Program-made: the position numbers and the translations under genes
IMG/VR virus record: IMGVR_UViG_3300017766_001981
Location: 1 to 29,768 of that record
Direction: 5' to 3' (one strand)
Length of the DNA: 29,768 nt
DNA from: a virus
Taxonomy: Duplodnaviria > Caudoviricetes
The notes under the pieces: generated by a model
What the model saw: only the letters and a program-made list of their open reading frames with translations
The model's database searches: none
Told to the model about the DNA's origin: nothing
Shown: positions 9,401 to 17,883 of the stretch, in pieces
Layout of the letters: each line of letters opens with the position of its first letter
Position numbering within the stretch: the first letter of the stretch is position 1

Positions 9401-12140
9401 TTCTCCAATATATCTTTATGCTGCTCCATATTTGTGGTCGCAAGATTCATCATTAAATGATTGGTCTTATATTGACTATGGCACTGATGCATCATTGATA
9501 CCAGGAATAGTTGATATAAGCATAAGAGATAAAACTATAAGTTGTCTACAGAGTGGAAATTGTTATAACACTACATGTTTAAGTTCAAATGCTCTTGAAG
9601 TTCTAGCAAGAACATGTGCTGCAGAAATACAATTGCTGAATATAGAAGAGCAAATAATTCAACAATTGAAAAGTATGATTCAAATTCACTATAGACAAAA
9701 ATGGATATCATCATATAACGAATATTTCAATAGAAAAGCATTTTTCTTCTCAAAGACACCAGGAGATACTATATTTAAGAATCCAAACACAGAAGATGGA
9801 TTAACGAGCAAAAAACATTTATCCTTAACAAATATAAAAAGCATAAAAAGAAAAGATATCAGAGGAAGTAGATATGAATTACTCTCAAGATATAAAGGAA
9901 TAACAGGAGCATCTGCGGGTGAGTGGGTATATAATATTTTCTTCGGTGGTCAAACAGGAGCAGAAGGACATCCTTATTATGATCAAAAATATAAACAAGA
10001 TGAGAATTCTCAGTTTATCACATCAAGAGAACCTTATTCATGGTATTCAGTAGAAGATTCGGATGCTACTGACTCACCAACATTTACACTGGGATCATCA
10101 AGTAGACAGTTTACTGGATCATATGGTCCTCAATATAAAGGAAATGAACATGTAGAAGTTTCATTGCTACATATACCTTCAGCAGATTTTGCAAACATTA
10201 CAAAAGTTTCAAATTTCTCAAATCCAAATGGAGGAGCACCAATTGCACAAACTATTGCACAATTTGCTCAAGGTGATATTGTTAGTCTGCAAAACATATC
10301 TACTAATTTAAATCTACGAGATACTTTTAATTTTTATGGAATGACTGCTGGTTCAAAACCACCAAATATTAAAAAGGAAGAAATAAGTTCTTATTTTAGA
10401 ATTGAATTTTCAAATCCAATTGGTTTAGATAGAATGAAAGAATTTCCAGATGGATTTGTAAGAGATGCTGGAACAGAATACTTTTTACCATATATTGTAA
10501 ATCTCACACCAGGTCCATTTGGAAGACAATCCGTTAAATATAATGCAGCAGTAATAGGAATGGATCCATATGGATTTGATGTTGCTGTTAAGAAAATAAA
10601 AGAAGAAATTCCAGAAAATAGAAAGTTAGCAGGAATAGATCGTGGAAACTATTATTCTTGGTGGAATCACGATACTGGTAATGTTCTATCCAAAACAAAA
10701 TACTTAAGTACAGATTACAATGGAATGGATCTCTGGCCAGAACCAATATTCGAAACAGCATATCCATATTATGCATATGATCACACAATGGACGATATGC
10801 ATGGTGGTAATAGGGATATGGATTTCCATAATGGAGGTGCATTCAACTTTGAGCATAAATCTCAAGATTGGATGGAATCACTATTTGACTATGGAATGAG
10901 TTCTGGAAAGCAATTTGATCCAATGTACAGATCATCTGCTGCTGGATCTTATATTTTGCCAAATAGTTATAGAAAAATGAAACCACATAGATCTTGGTGG
11001 TCTATATTTGTTCCAAGAAATCTCTTTGTGCCATTTAGATTCTCAAATATGATGAAATCATTGGCAATGAAATCAAGAGATTTGTTTGGAGGTAAAGCAA
11101 TATTTAATGCAAATCCACAATATTGGAAATCTTGGTATGGTAGTGAATTTGCAGATTGGATTTCGGTTAATACAGAAACTCAAGATTTTAGAACACTATT
11201 GGAAGAGAGTGATTTATCATTCTTTATACAAGATCTAGATCCTGGGACTTTTATGAATCCGCACTCTGATGCAAACACTGTTCCAGATGGAATAAAACAA
11301 TATTTTAATGACTCTTTGATGCAGTATATGCTAGGTTCAGCATTGCTATATCGTCCAGGAATTGTTGCTACAGAGTTATGGAAATATGACTTGAGTGGCG
11401 AAACCGAATATGGCATTATTACACCACCAACAGATTCAGAATATGATTTCTTTGATCGAAACTTCTCTATTCAGTTTACTGTTCATGCAAGAGGATCTAG
11501 AAATTGCAAAGATCTTGGTTATAAATGTATAAATCCAAATGGACCAGTTTCTTCTGCATCTGGTTGTACTTACGATCCCTATTGTAATTGTCCAGCACTA
11601 AATAAAATACCAAAAGAACCAGAACCAACTTACTTGGAATTATATAGATTAGAGAAGAGTATATCAGAATGTACTTTAATAGAAGAACATCTAGGAAAGG
11701 ATTGGTTAGGTTGTGAATGGTCAGATCCAGAATCTACTTGTAGTTGCAATTGCCCAGAACAGGGAGATAAGTTCTCTGACTATCTTGCATATACTAGAAC
11801 ATATGCAACATTCTGGGAAACTGATCATAAAGTTCCATTACTAAGACAAGCACAATTAGGTCTTATTGATTCCCAAAAGATGAAAATAACAGTAGGTTAC
11901 AACGATAAGGTAAAAATTGGAGTTCCCATTGAAGTTTTCGTAGAAAATGTCCCAGATTTAAAAAATAAATTTAAAAACATATCAGGTAAATGGTTAATTA
12001 CTGGAATTCAACATAAATTCCCAACAATAAGAAATTATGTCACTGTACTTGATCTAGCAAGAGATTCCATCTCGTATGATATTAATGAGATATCTTCACC
12101 AGAATCAATTTCCGACAATCAAACATACGATATTATTTGA
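6453..12140 (+). CDS. gp27-like baseplate hub protein with a very large Cys-rich/poly-Gly/collagen insertion (~1,895 aa)
   Basis: N-terminal hub-like motifs (LTFNESMFSPFMFGTL...LNGTEKIEI; NYLFWHDRDGWHFESIEKLL) and C-terminal hub-like motif (KITVGYNDKVKIG...ISGKWLITGIQHKF...TVLDLARDS). Lies between gp53 and gp25. ATG 6453, 1 nt after the gp53 stop, is preferred over the track's TTG 6441. Confidence 0.62.
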   Translation: MNNELYSQIANKNIPSESDGQISKSILETKLQKLSISKKKENDDGSNSTESFDIIPWTSDNFSSNPFISLTFNESMFSPFMFGTLFLYDYLNWGDEFILNGTEKIEIGCQEPIVGSETESQCVIYSFNVFNITKITDEAKIDIRHSKVEPASIWKIDFTSEDIFKSNFNKTYLETLDDFVGYIAADPQTTNQQNTDTPKGLVNEIFTKFNLTPSHIEPTQNGIWLKYDNLSWPWMKRKGQMKLIQLMNYISSYAVSKNNPNAVNYLFWHDRDGWHFESIEKLLKDQPESVDGFLVTYQTYNPNRIYEIQVEKQFTVPELYDNGSLFSHYTRVDPDYSNPYLDFVDTNYGFTYSEVIYDYNKDYNSWKHLDKNKIISENFDLGITNEIGLLKQSSKVDDLVYGYMSQNPLNTPFPQSWDNIGKTLSGPWSKTAWQPQYDLTNLKLSEFYKIHTKIRKTLKSKREEYNRKKNIKRKWETFRCSVCCHEDGALGSTADIELLNNPGPIDGITYAQLFGPTGVFAEFDQEYKVVAAGSFSDQINYDSGITFYNGLTLSYNLNEYPYNQKIGEFYNLKQDMTSYVNGVIDRAINQYNILLSRIQTRKGDLNTFLSKVGQYKTKADAIFLSSLKDKVSKTKRPIDLIQGYRYIGDEIPGDVLLEWPIHEYEFGLVPSTSIPINKGVGQVKFSNSASSQSFNGPNDSGNDITFRGIQCPSGKGGWICSPAGGDVCIDVGGCDGYATQFQCNLSCFSSPPPPSEPLYSCSNGSCIESAFGTNLETCNSTCGNQTSPPWEPFPQTLYVCDFLTNNCVPSNISGVGSLLENCQAECSSNGAPGGASNGDCASGGVNCTGYSCYYGSCLPITCQPGIDCISYDECLSICGDGFGGGGGGGGGGGGGGGGPPGPPGPPGPPGPPGPPGPIGPTGPTGPTGATGATGATGATGPTGPSALPTEEDIVTVQIPTECSNDKVIRGYIRYATDQSASQFSPIYLYAAPYLWSQDSSLNDWSYIDYGTDASLIPGIVDISIRDKTISCLQSGNCYNTTCLSSNALEVLARTCAAEIQLLNIEEQIIQQLKSMIQIHYRQKWISSYNEYFNRKAFFFSKTPGDTIFKNPNTEDGLTSKKHLSLTNIKSIKRKDIRGSRYELLSRYKGITGASAGEWVYNIFFGGQTGAEGHPYYDQKYKQDENSQFITSREPYSWYSVEDSDATDSPTFTLGSSSRQFTGSYGPQYKGNEHVEVSLLHIPSADFANITKVSNFSNPNGGAPIAQTIAQFAQGDIVSLQNISTNLNLRDTFNFYGMTAGSKPPNIKKEEISSYFRIEFSNPIGLDRMKEFPDGFVRDAGTEYFLPYIVNLTPGPFGRQSVKYNAAVIGMDPYGFDVAVKKIKEEIPENRKLAGIDRGNYYSWWNHDTGNVLSKTKYLSTDYNGMDLWPEPIFETAYPYYAYDHTMDDMHGGNRDMDFHNGGAFNFEHKSQDWMESLFDYGMSSGKQFDPMYRSSAAGSYILPNSYRKMKPHRSWWSIFVPRNLFVPFRFSNMMKSLAMKSRDLFGGKAIFNANPQYWKSWYGSEFADWISVNTETQDFRTLLEESDLSFFIQDLDPGTFMNPHSDANTVPDGIKQYFNDSLMQYMLGSALLYRPGIVATELWKYDLSGETEYGIITPPTDSEYDFFDRNFSIQFTVHARGSRNCKDLGYKCINPNGPVSSASGCTYDPYCNCPALNKIPKEPEPTYLELYRLEKSISECTLIEEHLGKDWLGCEWSDPESTCSCNCPEQGDKFSDYLAYTRTYATFWETDHKVPLLRQAQLGLIDSQKMKITVGYNDKVKIGVPIEVFVENVPDLKNKFKNISGKWLITGIQHKFPTIRNYVTVLDLARDSISYDINEISSPESISDNQTYDII
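8583..9086 (+). repeat. Four short Cys-rich protein repeats ([YW]xC..xC......C...C) within the hub insertion
   Basis: WICSPAGGDVC...QCNLSC; LYSCSNGSCIES...TCNSTC; LYVCDFLTNNC...NCQAEC; GYSCYYGSC...ECLSIC. Separated by Pro-rich or Gly-rich linkers. Confidence 0.75.
9099..9287 (+). repeat. Poly-Gly run followed by a collagen-like (G-X-Y)16 tract
   Basis: 16 Gly codons (9099-9146, the last being the first G of the collagen tract), then (GPP)6 GPI (GPT)3 (GAT)4 GPT GPS. The GPP part is an exact GGACCACCA 9-mer repeat. Confidence 0.95.
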
Positions 12141-12146
12141 TAAATA
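12139..12146 (+). promoter_or_regulatory. Late promoter variant GATAAATA upstream of gp25
   Basis: NATAAATA box overlapping the hub TGA, 5 nt before the ATG at 12152; same spacing as the gp4 promoter. Confidence 0.6.
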
Positions 12147-12151
12147 TTATC

Positions 12152-12547
12152 ATGCTTAAAAAGAACTTAACATTTTCTGATTTACCTTTCTTCGTAAGTA
12201 GAAATCAATTTAATGGAGATATGAATCTAATTAAAGATACAACTGCCATTAAACAAGCATTGAAGAATATAATATTGACTATTAGAAGAGAAAAACCATT
12301 TAATAGACTATTTGGTGGTAATCCAAGAGAATTTTTGTTCGACCACATGAATCAATTAATGGTAATGGAGTGTAAAAATTTAATAGCAAATTCTATAAAT
12401 AATTTTGAACCAAGAGTATCGCTAAAAGAAATAGCAATACAACAAAGCAAAACAAATCCAAATAAAATAATAATAACAATAATATATGTGTATCAATTAA
12501 CTCAAGTGGTAGATACTGTTTCTATTTCACTGGAAAGGACAAGATAA
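12152..12547 (+). CDS. gp25: T4-like gp25 baseplate wedge subunit
   Basis: FSDL...D..AIKQALKNIILTIRREKPFNRLFG...FLFD...INNFEPRV...LERTR. In-frame ATG 12152 is preferred over the track's TTG 12137. Confidence 0.92.
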   Translation: MLKKNLTFSDLPFFVSRNQFNGDMNLIKDTTAIKQALKNIILTIRREKPFNRLFGGNPREFLFDHMNQLMVMECKNLIANSINNFEPRVSLKEIAIQQSKTNPNKIIITIIYVYQLTQVVDTVSISLERTR

Positions 12548-14266
12548 GTGTCATCATTTCAAAAACCTCCAACTGTTTTGGGAAAATTAGAATTTTCAGA
12601 CATAAAGCAAAGTTTAATAGAATATTTAAGAAAACAAACAGTATTCAATGGTTATGAATTTGAAGGATCTGCTCTTTCTACATTAATGGATTTATTGGCA
12701 TATAATTCATATTATTATGCATTTTATTCTAATATGTTGGCATCTGAATGTTTTCTTGACTCAGCACAGAGAATAGAATCGTTAATTTCTCTTACAAAAC
12801 CTCTTGGTTATACAATTCCAGCAAAAACATCATCAAGAATAAACATTAGAGTAGGAAGTGTTGGTGGTACTTCTATTCCTAGATATAGTTTATTTTATGG
12901 AAAGAACGCAGATGGAATTCAATATAATTTTTATAATTTGGAAGATATTGCAATATCCGATTCACAGACAGAAGAATTTACTATTTATGAGGGGAATGAA
13001 GTAATCAATATAGATGTTGTTGATCAAATTGATTTAGAAAGACAAAAAGTTATAATAACAGATACAAATTTCGATTTAGATACACTACAAGTTGTGGTCA
13101 CAAATCCAGCAACTAATATAGATGAAATTTGGTTGAGAATTGATAATGTTGGTTATGCCAGCACAATTGAACAAAAAGTATATTTTATTGAAAGATTAGA
13201 TGCTGGATTTGCTATATCGTTTGGATTGGTAAATTCAGTTGGTGCTAATATAACTAGTGATGTACGATCAATCAAGGTAAGATACTTAAAATCCAGTGGT
13301 TCCAGTGCCAATGGAATTTCACTGTTTAATTCTTCTGTTGGTGGAGTTGTAGTCACTACTCCTGGTGATGTTTCCGCATATGGAAAAAATGAACCAAATA
13401 ATGATTATATTAAATTTTTAGCACCAAAATGGTTTGCTGCTCAAGAAAGAGCAGTAACAGTAAATGATTACAAAGCACTGGTGCTAGAAGCAGGATACTT
13501 TGGAAGTGAAAGTGAATTCAATGTTTTTGGTGGAGAGGACTTAACTCCAAGCAGATACGGTAGAGTTTTTGTGACATCACAGAAACAAATAACTGAAGTT
13601 ACAGATTTAATGAATTTCATAAAAAGTAAAAGTGTTATAACTGTTCTACCTGAATATGTAAGTTCACTACCACTTAATGTATATGTTGATTTTTCGTTTG
13701 GATACAATGATGGTCAACCAAGATCATCAAGTGTTAAACAACAAAGAATAAATGAAATAAAATCAATATTTAATGAGAGATATGGCAAAAATAAAGAATA
13801 TAATTTGTTTTTTTCATCATCAGATTTTATAAATGAATTGATATCATTATATCCAGATCTTTCTATATCAGTTGATGATTTCTCTCTGTATGTTGAACAA
13901 GAAATATCTGCCAACAATACAGATTATACATTTAATTTACAAAATGCACTTGATATTGCTGATGGTTCAGTACCCCCAATAACCCTGCCATTCACAAGCA
14001 TACTCACAACATCACCTGTCAGATATCATATAGATAATACCAATTCTTCATCAACAAAAAATATTCAATTGAAAACACTAACTGGAGCAAATATATCATC
14101 TTCAACATCTTATGGTACAGCAAATCTGATAAGAGGAATAGTGACAATTAAATCAAAAGTAATGTCAAATAAAGCAACATTCAATATTCCATTTAAATCT
14201 AAAACAATAAGAATAGGTTTGAATAATCTAGTTTCGTTCAATATTAAAAACATAACAGTGTATTAA
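12548..14266 (+). CDS. gp6: T4-like gp6 baseplate wedge subunit
   Basis: LEFSDIKQSLIEYL...YEFEGSALSTLMDLLAYNSYYYAFYSNMLASECFLDSAQRIESLISLTKPLGY; IKFLAPKWFAAQERAVTVNDY; GGEDLTPSRYGRVFV. GTG start. Confidence 0.92.
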   Translation: MSSFQKPPTVLGKLEFSDIKQSLIEYLRKQTVFNGYEFEGSALSTLMDLLAYNSYYYAFYSNMLASECFLDSAQRIESLISLTKPLGYTIPAKTSSRINIRVGSVGGTSIPRYSLFYGKNADGIQYNFYNLEDIAISDSQTEEFTIYEGNEVINIDVVDQIDLERQKVIITDTNFDLDTLQVVVTNPATNIDEIWLRIDNVGYASTIEQKVYFIERLDAGFAISFGLVNSVGANITSDVRSIKVRYLKSSGSSANGISLFNSSVGGVVVTTPGDVSAYGKNEPNNDYIKFLAPKWFAAQERAVTVNDYKALVLEAGYFGSESEFNVFGGEDLTPSRYGRVFVTSQKQITEVTDLMNFIKSKSVITVLPEYVSSLPLNVYVDFSFGYNDGQPRSSSVKQQRINEIKSIFNERYGKNKEYNLFFSSSDFINELISLYPDLSISVDDFSLYVEQEISANNTDYTFNLQNALDIADGSVPPITLPFTSILTTSPVRYHIDNTNSSSTKNIQLKTLTGANISSSTSYGTANLIRGIVTIKSKVMSNKATFNIPFKSKTIRIGLNNLVSFNIKNITVY

Positions 14267-14267
14267 T

Positions 14268-15395
14268 ATGATCCCAATAATATCAACACAATTAACTATT
14301 GAGCAACAAACCAGTAAAGTGGGATATAAGTTATCAACTTTATTTCCTGCATTGACTGAATTGAATGATATTTTTTTTGGATCATGTAATTCTAAAAAAG
14401 ATATTTCACATCAAATTCCATTGTGGGTAGTATTTGAGAAAGAATCACTAGAATCCCAGGGATTGAATTCTATAACAATATTTGATTTTCTACAAAAATA
14501 TTATGATTGGTTATATTGTGATACAGAATCTGGTTCTGGATATCAAATAGGACAAAAACTTTTAGATTTAATCGATATAGAAAAAACAAGAGAAGAGTAT
14601 GTTAAAAGATTAGCATCAATTTATGCAAATGGTATTGAAGATTCTGCATATTTAGATACTGGTGGGAAATTAGATATACAGAATGTTAGAAATTTTGTAA
14701 AAAACATTAGAAAGAATTTCTATCATAAAAAAAGCACAGTTGATGGAATAAGATATTTTTTCAGAACACTGTATAACATACCAGAAGAAAATGTAAAGAT
14801 AGAATATCCTAAAAAGTTCCTATTAAGATTAAATGGTGGTAAATTCTATAATGAAAATTTTGTTTTTGCTGGTTCAACTGGATCATATGAAGATACAAAT
14901 GCACTTAATAGTTATTTAAATTATTCAAGACTTCAAGATGGAAATTTTTATCAAGATTACTCTTATTTATTAAAAGTAGGTATACAGTCAAGTTACTATA
15001 AAGATACATATAAAACACTAGCACATCCTGCTGGATTGAAAGTTTTATTTGAGAAAACTCTGGAAGATTATGTTGGTCCTACTGATGATTATGATTCGCA
15101 ATTAACATGTCAGCAAACATTTTTGAAAAATTATGCTGCATATAAATTTATCAACGATTATAGTGGAAATATTCTTGGGAGTTCTGGATCTGTTACATAT
15201 TATGGGTTAGATGAATGTGCTGGTTGTACTTTTGGAATATTCTCAGCACCATCCTATGCATTTCCAAATTGGCACACAACGGAAGCATTAGGAAACGATT
15301 TCCAGAATATACAAATTAAAAATATATTTAGTTTATGTTATGATGTAATCACTGTCAGTAATCCAAATGCTGGTTTAACCTGTAGTTCATGCTAA
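14268..15395 (+). CDS. gp7: Compact gp7-like baseplate wedge initiator
   Basis: FLQKYYDWL, LLDLIDIE, FVKNIRKNFYHKKST..GIRYFFRTLY, IEYPK, SRLQDGNFYQDYSYLLK, LAHPAGLK. Lies between gp6 and gp8. Confidence 0.72.
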   Translation: MIPIISTQLTIEQQTSKVGYKLSTLFPALTELNDIFFGSCNSKKDISHQIPLWVVFEKESLESQGLNSITIFDFLQKYYDWLYCDTESGSGYQIGQKLLDLIDIEKTREEYVKRLASIYANGIEDSAYLDTGGKLDIQNVRNFVKNIRKNFYHKKSTVDGIRYFFRTLYNIPEENVKIEYPKKFLLRLNGGKFYNENFVFAGSTGSYEDTNALNSYLNYSRLQDGNFYQDYSYLLKVGIQSSYYKDTYKTLAHPAGLKVLFEKTLEDYVGPTDDYDSQLTCQQTFLKNYAAYKFINDYSGNILGSSGSVTYYGLDECAGCTFGIFSAPSYAFPNWHTTEALGNDFQNIQIKNIFSLCYDVITVSNPNAGLTCSSC

Positions 15396-15411
15396 TACAG
15401 AAGACACTAAA

Positions 15412-17133
15412 ATGAGCACAAAAATAGAAAATATTAAAAATTTTATAAATCAGATCGGTAAAGAAAATCAATTATTTTTATTTGTTGGAACCAATTCAAC
15501 AGATACTAAATCTAATTCAACTAAATCTGAAATAGATTTATGGAAGGATTCTGATTTTTCTTTTAAAATCGGAAAAGATAATGTAATTGGTGTTATCCCA
15601 AATGTTAAATGGGTAAAAAGAAGAGCATATAAACCATGGTATTCTACGGAATCTAATATAGAAAATTATTATGTGTACAATCAAGATAATGGTTATGTGT
15701 ATTTGTGTTTATCTGATAATGCAGAGAACAGAATAGATAAACAAGGTCAAATTGTTTCAAATTATATACCATCACACACATCTGGAGATTATTCATATGA
15801 AGATGGATATACATGGAAAGCACTTTATAGAATAACACCAAATCTAGAAAGATTTGTAACAGAGCAATGGATTCCAGTAATTAGTTTTGATAATTATGAA
15901 GATCTAGACAAATCTTCATTATACACCCAAATGCAAAATTTTTGCTATCCATTGGGAACAAAGGACATATCAAAATGCTGCCTTTATTATTCTAAAAATT
16001 ATCAATATCTAGATGGAAACGGGAATACAGTTAATGCAATAAAAGGAAATTTACACACATCATTTAATTTTTTAACATGCACTGAGTGTTATAATCTATT
16101 CAAAGATCATCCAAATTTTGTTTCAGTCTTTTCATCATCTATACCTTCATCGATAACAATTAAAGATAAATATGATCTTGTCGGTGATCTTATACAAGAA
16201 AATAAAATATCGATATCCTCACCATATTATTATTTGTATAGAGCAAATGAAAATTCACCAGACGAAGGTTATATAGTTGCTGCAAAAATAGATTTATCAC
16301 AGTTTAATTTAGATGATTTGAGTGTATCGAAAGACAATCCAGAATTGACTATTACTAGCAATACTGGCAGTGGTGGTAGAATTAGATTGAAAACATATAG
16401 AAGTATTTCTAATAAAATTCTAGTAAATGGAATAGAAATTATATCAAAAGGAAGTGGATATAGGGATATACAATTAACTCTAACCAGTGCTGATATGCTT
16501 GGATCTGTTTCCAATGCAACTATTGCATCATCAATTAAAATTGAATTAGATGAAATAGATGGACTTGGATTTGATCCGATGAAAGTATTAAATGTCAAAC
16601 ATACTATGATTGATGTGTCAATAGACAGAGCAAGTTTAACCAATTCCAATTTATCAATCCCAAATAGCATTAATTTCTATGGATTAGTACAAAATCCAAA
16701 ATATGGAACATCTTTTGAATATGTTGCTGGATCATCTGAAAATAAATATGTCTCTACATTCTATAGAACCACAACTAAATTATCAGTATATGCTACATCA
16801 TCAAATCCATCTCCAAACAAAACAGCATTGATAACCAAATCAAATGGAACTATTATTAGGGATCTTAAAGTTACAAAAGTAGTTCCAGCAACTGTTTTTA
16901 GTCCATCTTCAATTTCTACGATTGAGGTCAAAGGATTAGAATACAAAGATGTATCATCCATTAATGGATCAATAACTGTGGATAATACAACATTTAATAT
17001 AAAAGCAGTTGAGAGTAGTCCACTATTTAATCAATATACTGGTACAGTTTTATCTTCAAATAAAACCACAGCAATAAACATAGAAGATGAAGATACTGCA
17101 ATTATTCGTATAAATATGGTTAAAGGAATGTAA
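15412..17133 (+). CDS. gp8: T4-like gp8 baseplate wedge subunit
   Basis: NYYVYNQDNGYVYLCLSDN, PSHTSG....EDGYTWKALY, FVTEQWIPV, I.IISKGSGY, G.GFDP...L, GLVQNP. Confidence 0.85.
   Translation: MSTKIENIKNFINQIGKENQLFLFVGTNSTDTKSNSTKSEIDLWKDSDFSFKIGKDNVIGVIPNVKWVKRRAYKPWYSTESNIENYYVYNQDNGYVYLCLSDNAENRIDKQGQIVSNYIPSHTSGDYSYEDGYTWKALYRITPNLERFVTEQWIPVISFDNYEDLDKSSLYTQMQNFCYPLGTKDISKCCLYYSKNYQYLDGNGNTVNAIKGNLHTSFNFLTCTECYNLFKDHPNFVSVFSSSIPSSITIKDKYDLVGDLIQENKISISSPYYYLYRANENSPDEGYIVAAKIDLSQFNLDDLSVSKDNPELTITSNTGSGGRIRLKTYRSISNKILVNGIEIISKGSGYRDIQLTLTSADMLGSVSNATIASSIKIELDEIDGLGFDPMKVLNVKHTMIDVSIDRASLTNSNLSIPNSINFYGLVQNPKYGTSFEYVAGSSENKYVSTFYRTTTKLSVYATSSNPSPNKTALITKSNGTIIRDLKVTKVVPATVFSPSSISTIEVKGLEYKDVSSINGSITVDNTTFNIKAVESSPLFNQYTGTVLSSNKTTAINIEDEDTAIIRINMVKGM
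17109..17116 (+). promoter_or_regulatory. Probable late promoter TATAAATA in the 3' end of gp8, serving the fibre genes
   Basis: Perfect TATAAATA. The predicted start near 17122 would open with the SD AAAGGA, 8 nt before the ATG at 17136. Confidence 0.55.
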
Positions 17134-17135
17134 TA

Positions 17136-17864
17136 ATGGCACTCACCCCTATAAATACTGATTCGAATCAATTTCCTTTAAGTATAAGTCCATACTTAAG
17201 TAGAGTATCAACACACGCATCGGAATTTAAAAATTATTCAATGCTTGCGTTTAATCCAGGGTTTGCATTGCAAGCAGCAGAATTGAATGAAATCCAAGAA
17301 TTATTTTTCTTAAATCAATCATTAACTCAGAGATTAAATTCTAATTGGATTATATTTAATTCTGGTCAAACAACACCATTTTATGCTCCATTTTGGGAAG
17401 GTCTTGTTCCTCTAAGTCCTACTTATTTAACAATATCATCTCCATCTGTAACACCAAATTCATTCAGTTTTACTTATACTTTATCTACTGGTTGGTATCT
17501 GTACACTGATCCAAAAAGCAAATTAAGTTTTTGGATTTGGAATGATAGGCAATTTACAGGAACAGTTTCTGGTTCCAGTACTACTTATTTTGGAATAAAT
17601 GCATCAACTTCATATACAAATTGCTGCCAATCAGATACTGATTGTCTGGACACTCAAGATTCAACTTTGAGAGATGCATCTCAATCAACATATCAAGATT
17701 TCACATGTGGTTCTTCCAGATTTAAGACAATAATAAATCCAACAGATCCATTGCAGGCATTTACAGCACTTCCATCTGGTTCTAATACTTCATTTTGTCA
17801 TATATTCAGAGTTGATTTATCATTGCAAAAAATAGTATTTCCAAATAATTTTGAAAAGATATAA
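17136..17864 (+). CDS. Short virion protein with DUF4815/VrlC-like N-terminal motif
   Basis: PY.....NYSMLAFNPGFALQAAELNEIQ resembles the Y..LF.PG..VQARELxxLQ motif of DUF4815 proteins that follow gp8 in T4-like phages. Confidence 0.6.
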   Translation: MALTPINTDSNQFPLSISPYLSRVSTHASEFKNYSMLAFNPGFALQAAELNEIQELFFLNQSLTQRLNSNWIIFNSGQTTPFYAPFWEGLVPLSPTYLTISSPSVTPNSFSFTYTLSTGWYLYTDPKSKLSFWIWNDRQFTGTVSGSSTTYFGINASTSYTNCCQSDTDCLDTQDSTLRDASQSTYQDFTCGSSRFKTIINPTDPLQAFTALPSGSNTSFCHIFRVDLSLQKIVFPNNFEKI

Positions 17865-17883
17865 TCTAGGAGTAAGATAAAAA

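Noticed and set aside
9038-9456. Four overlapping ORFs (poly-Pro/GPG, DHQ, WWS and VLV repeats)
   Set aside because: Stop-free shadows of the poly-Gly/collagen repeat in the hub gene.
6453-12140. Intein or intron as the cause of the hub's size
   Set aside because: No splice-junction or LAGLIDADG/HNH motifs recognised, the frame is uninterrupted, and the insertion looks structural.
12394-12401. Other TATAAATA matches (12394 +, 17150 +, 4205-4212 -)
   Set aside because: Inside coding regions and not positioned at a gene start; could be chance in AT-rich sequence, though not excluded.
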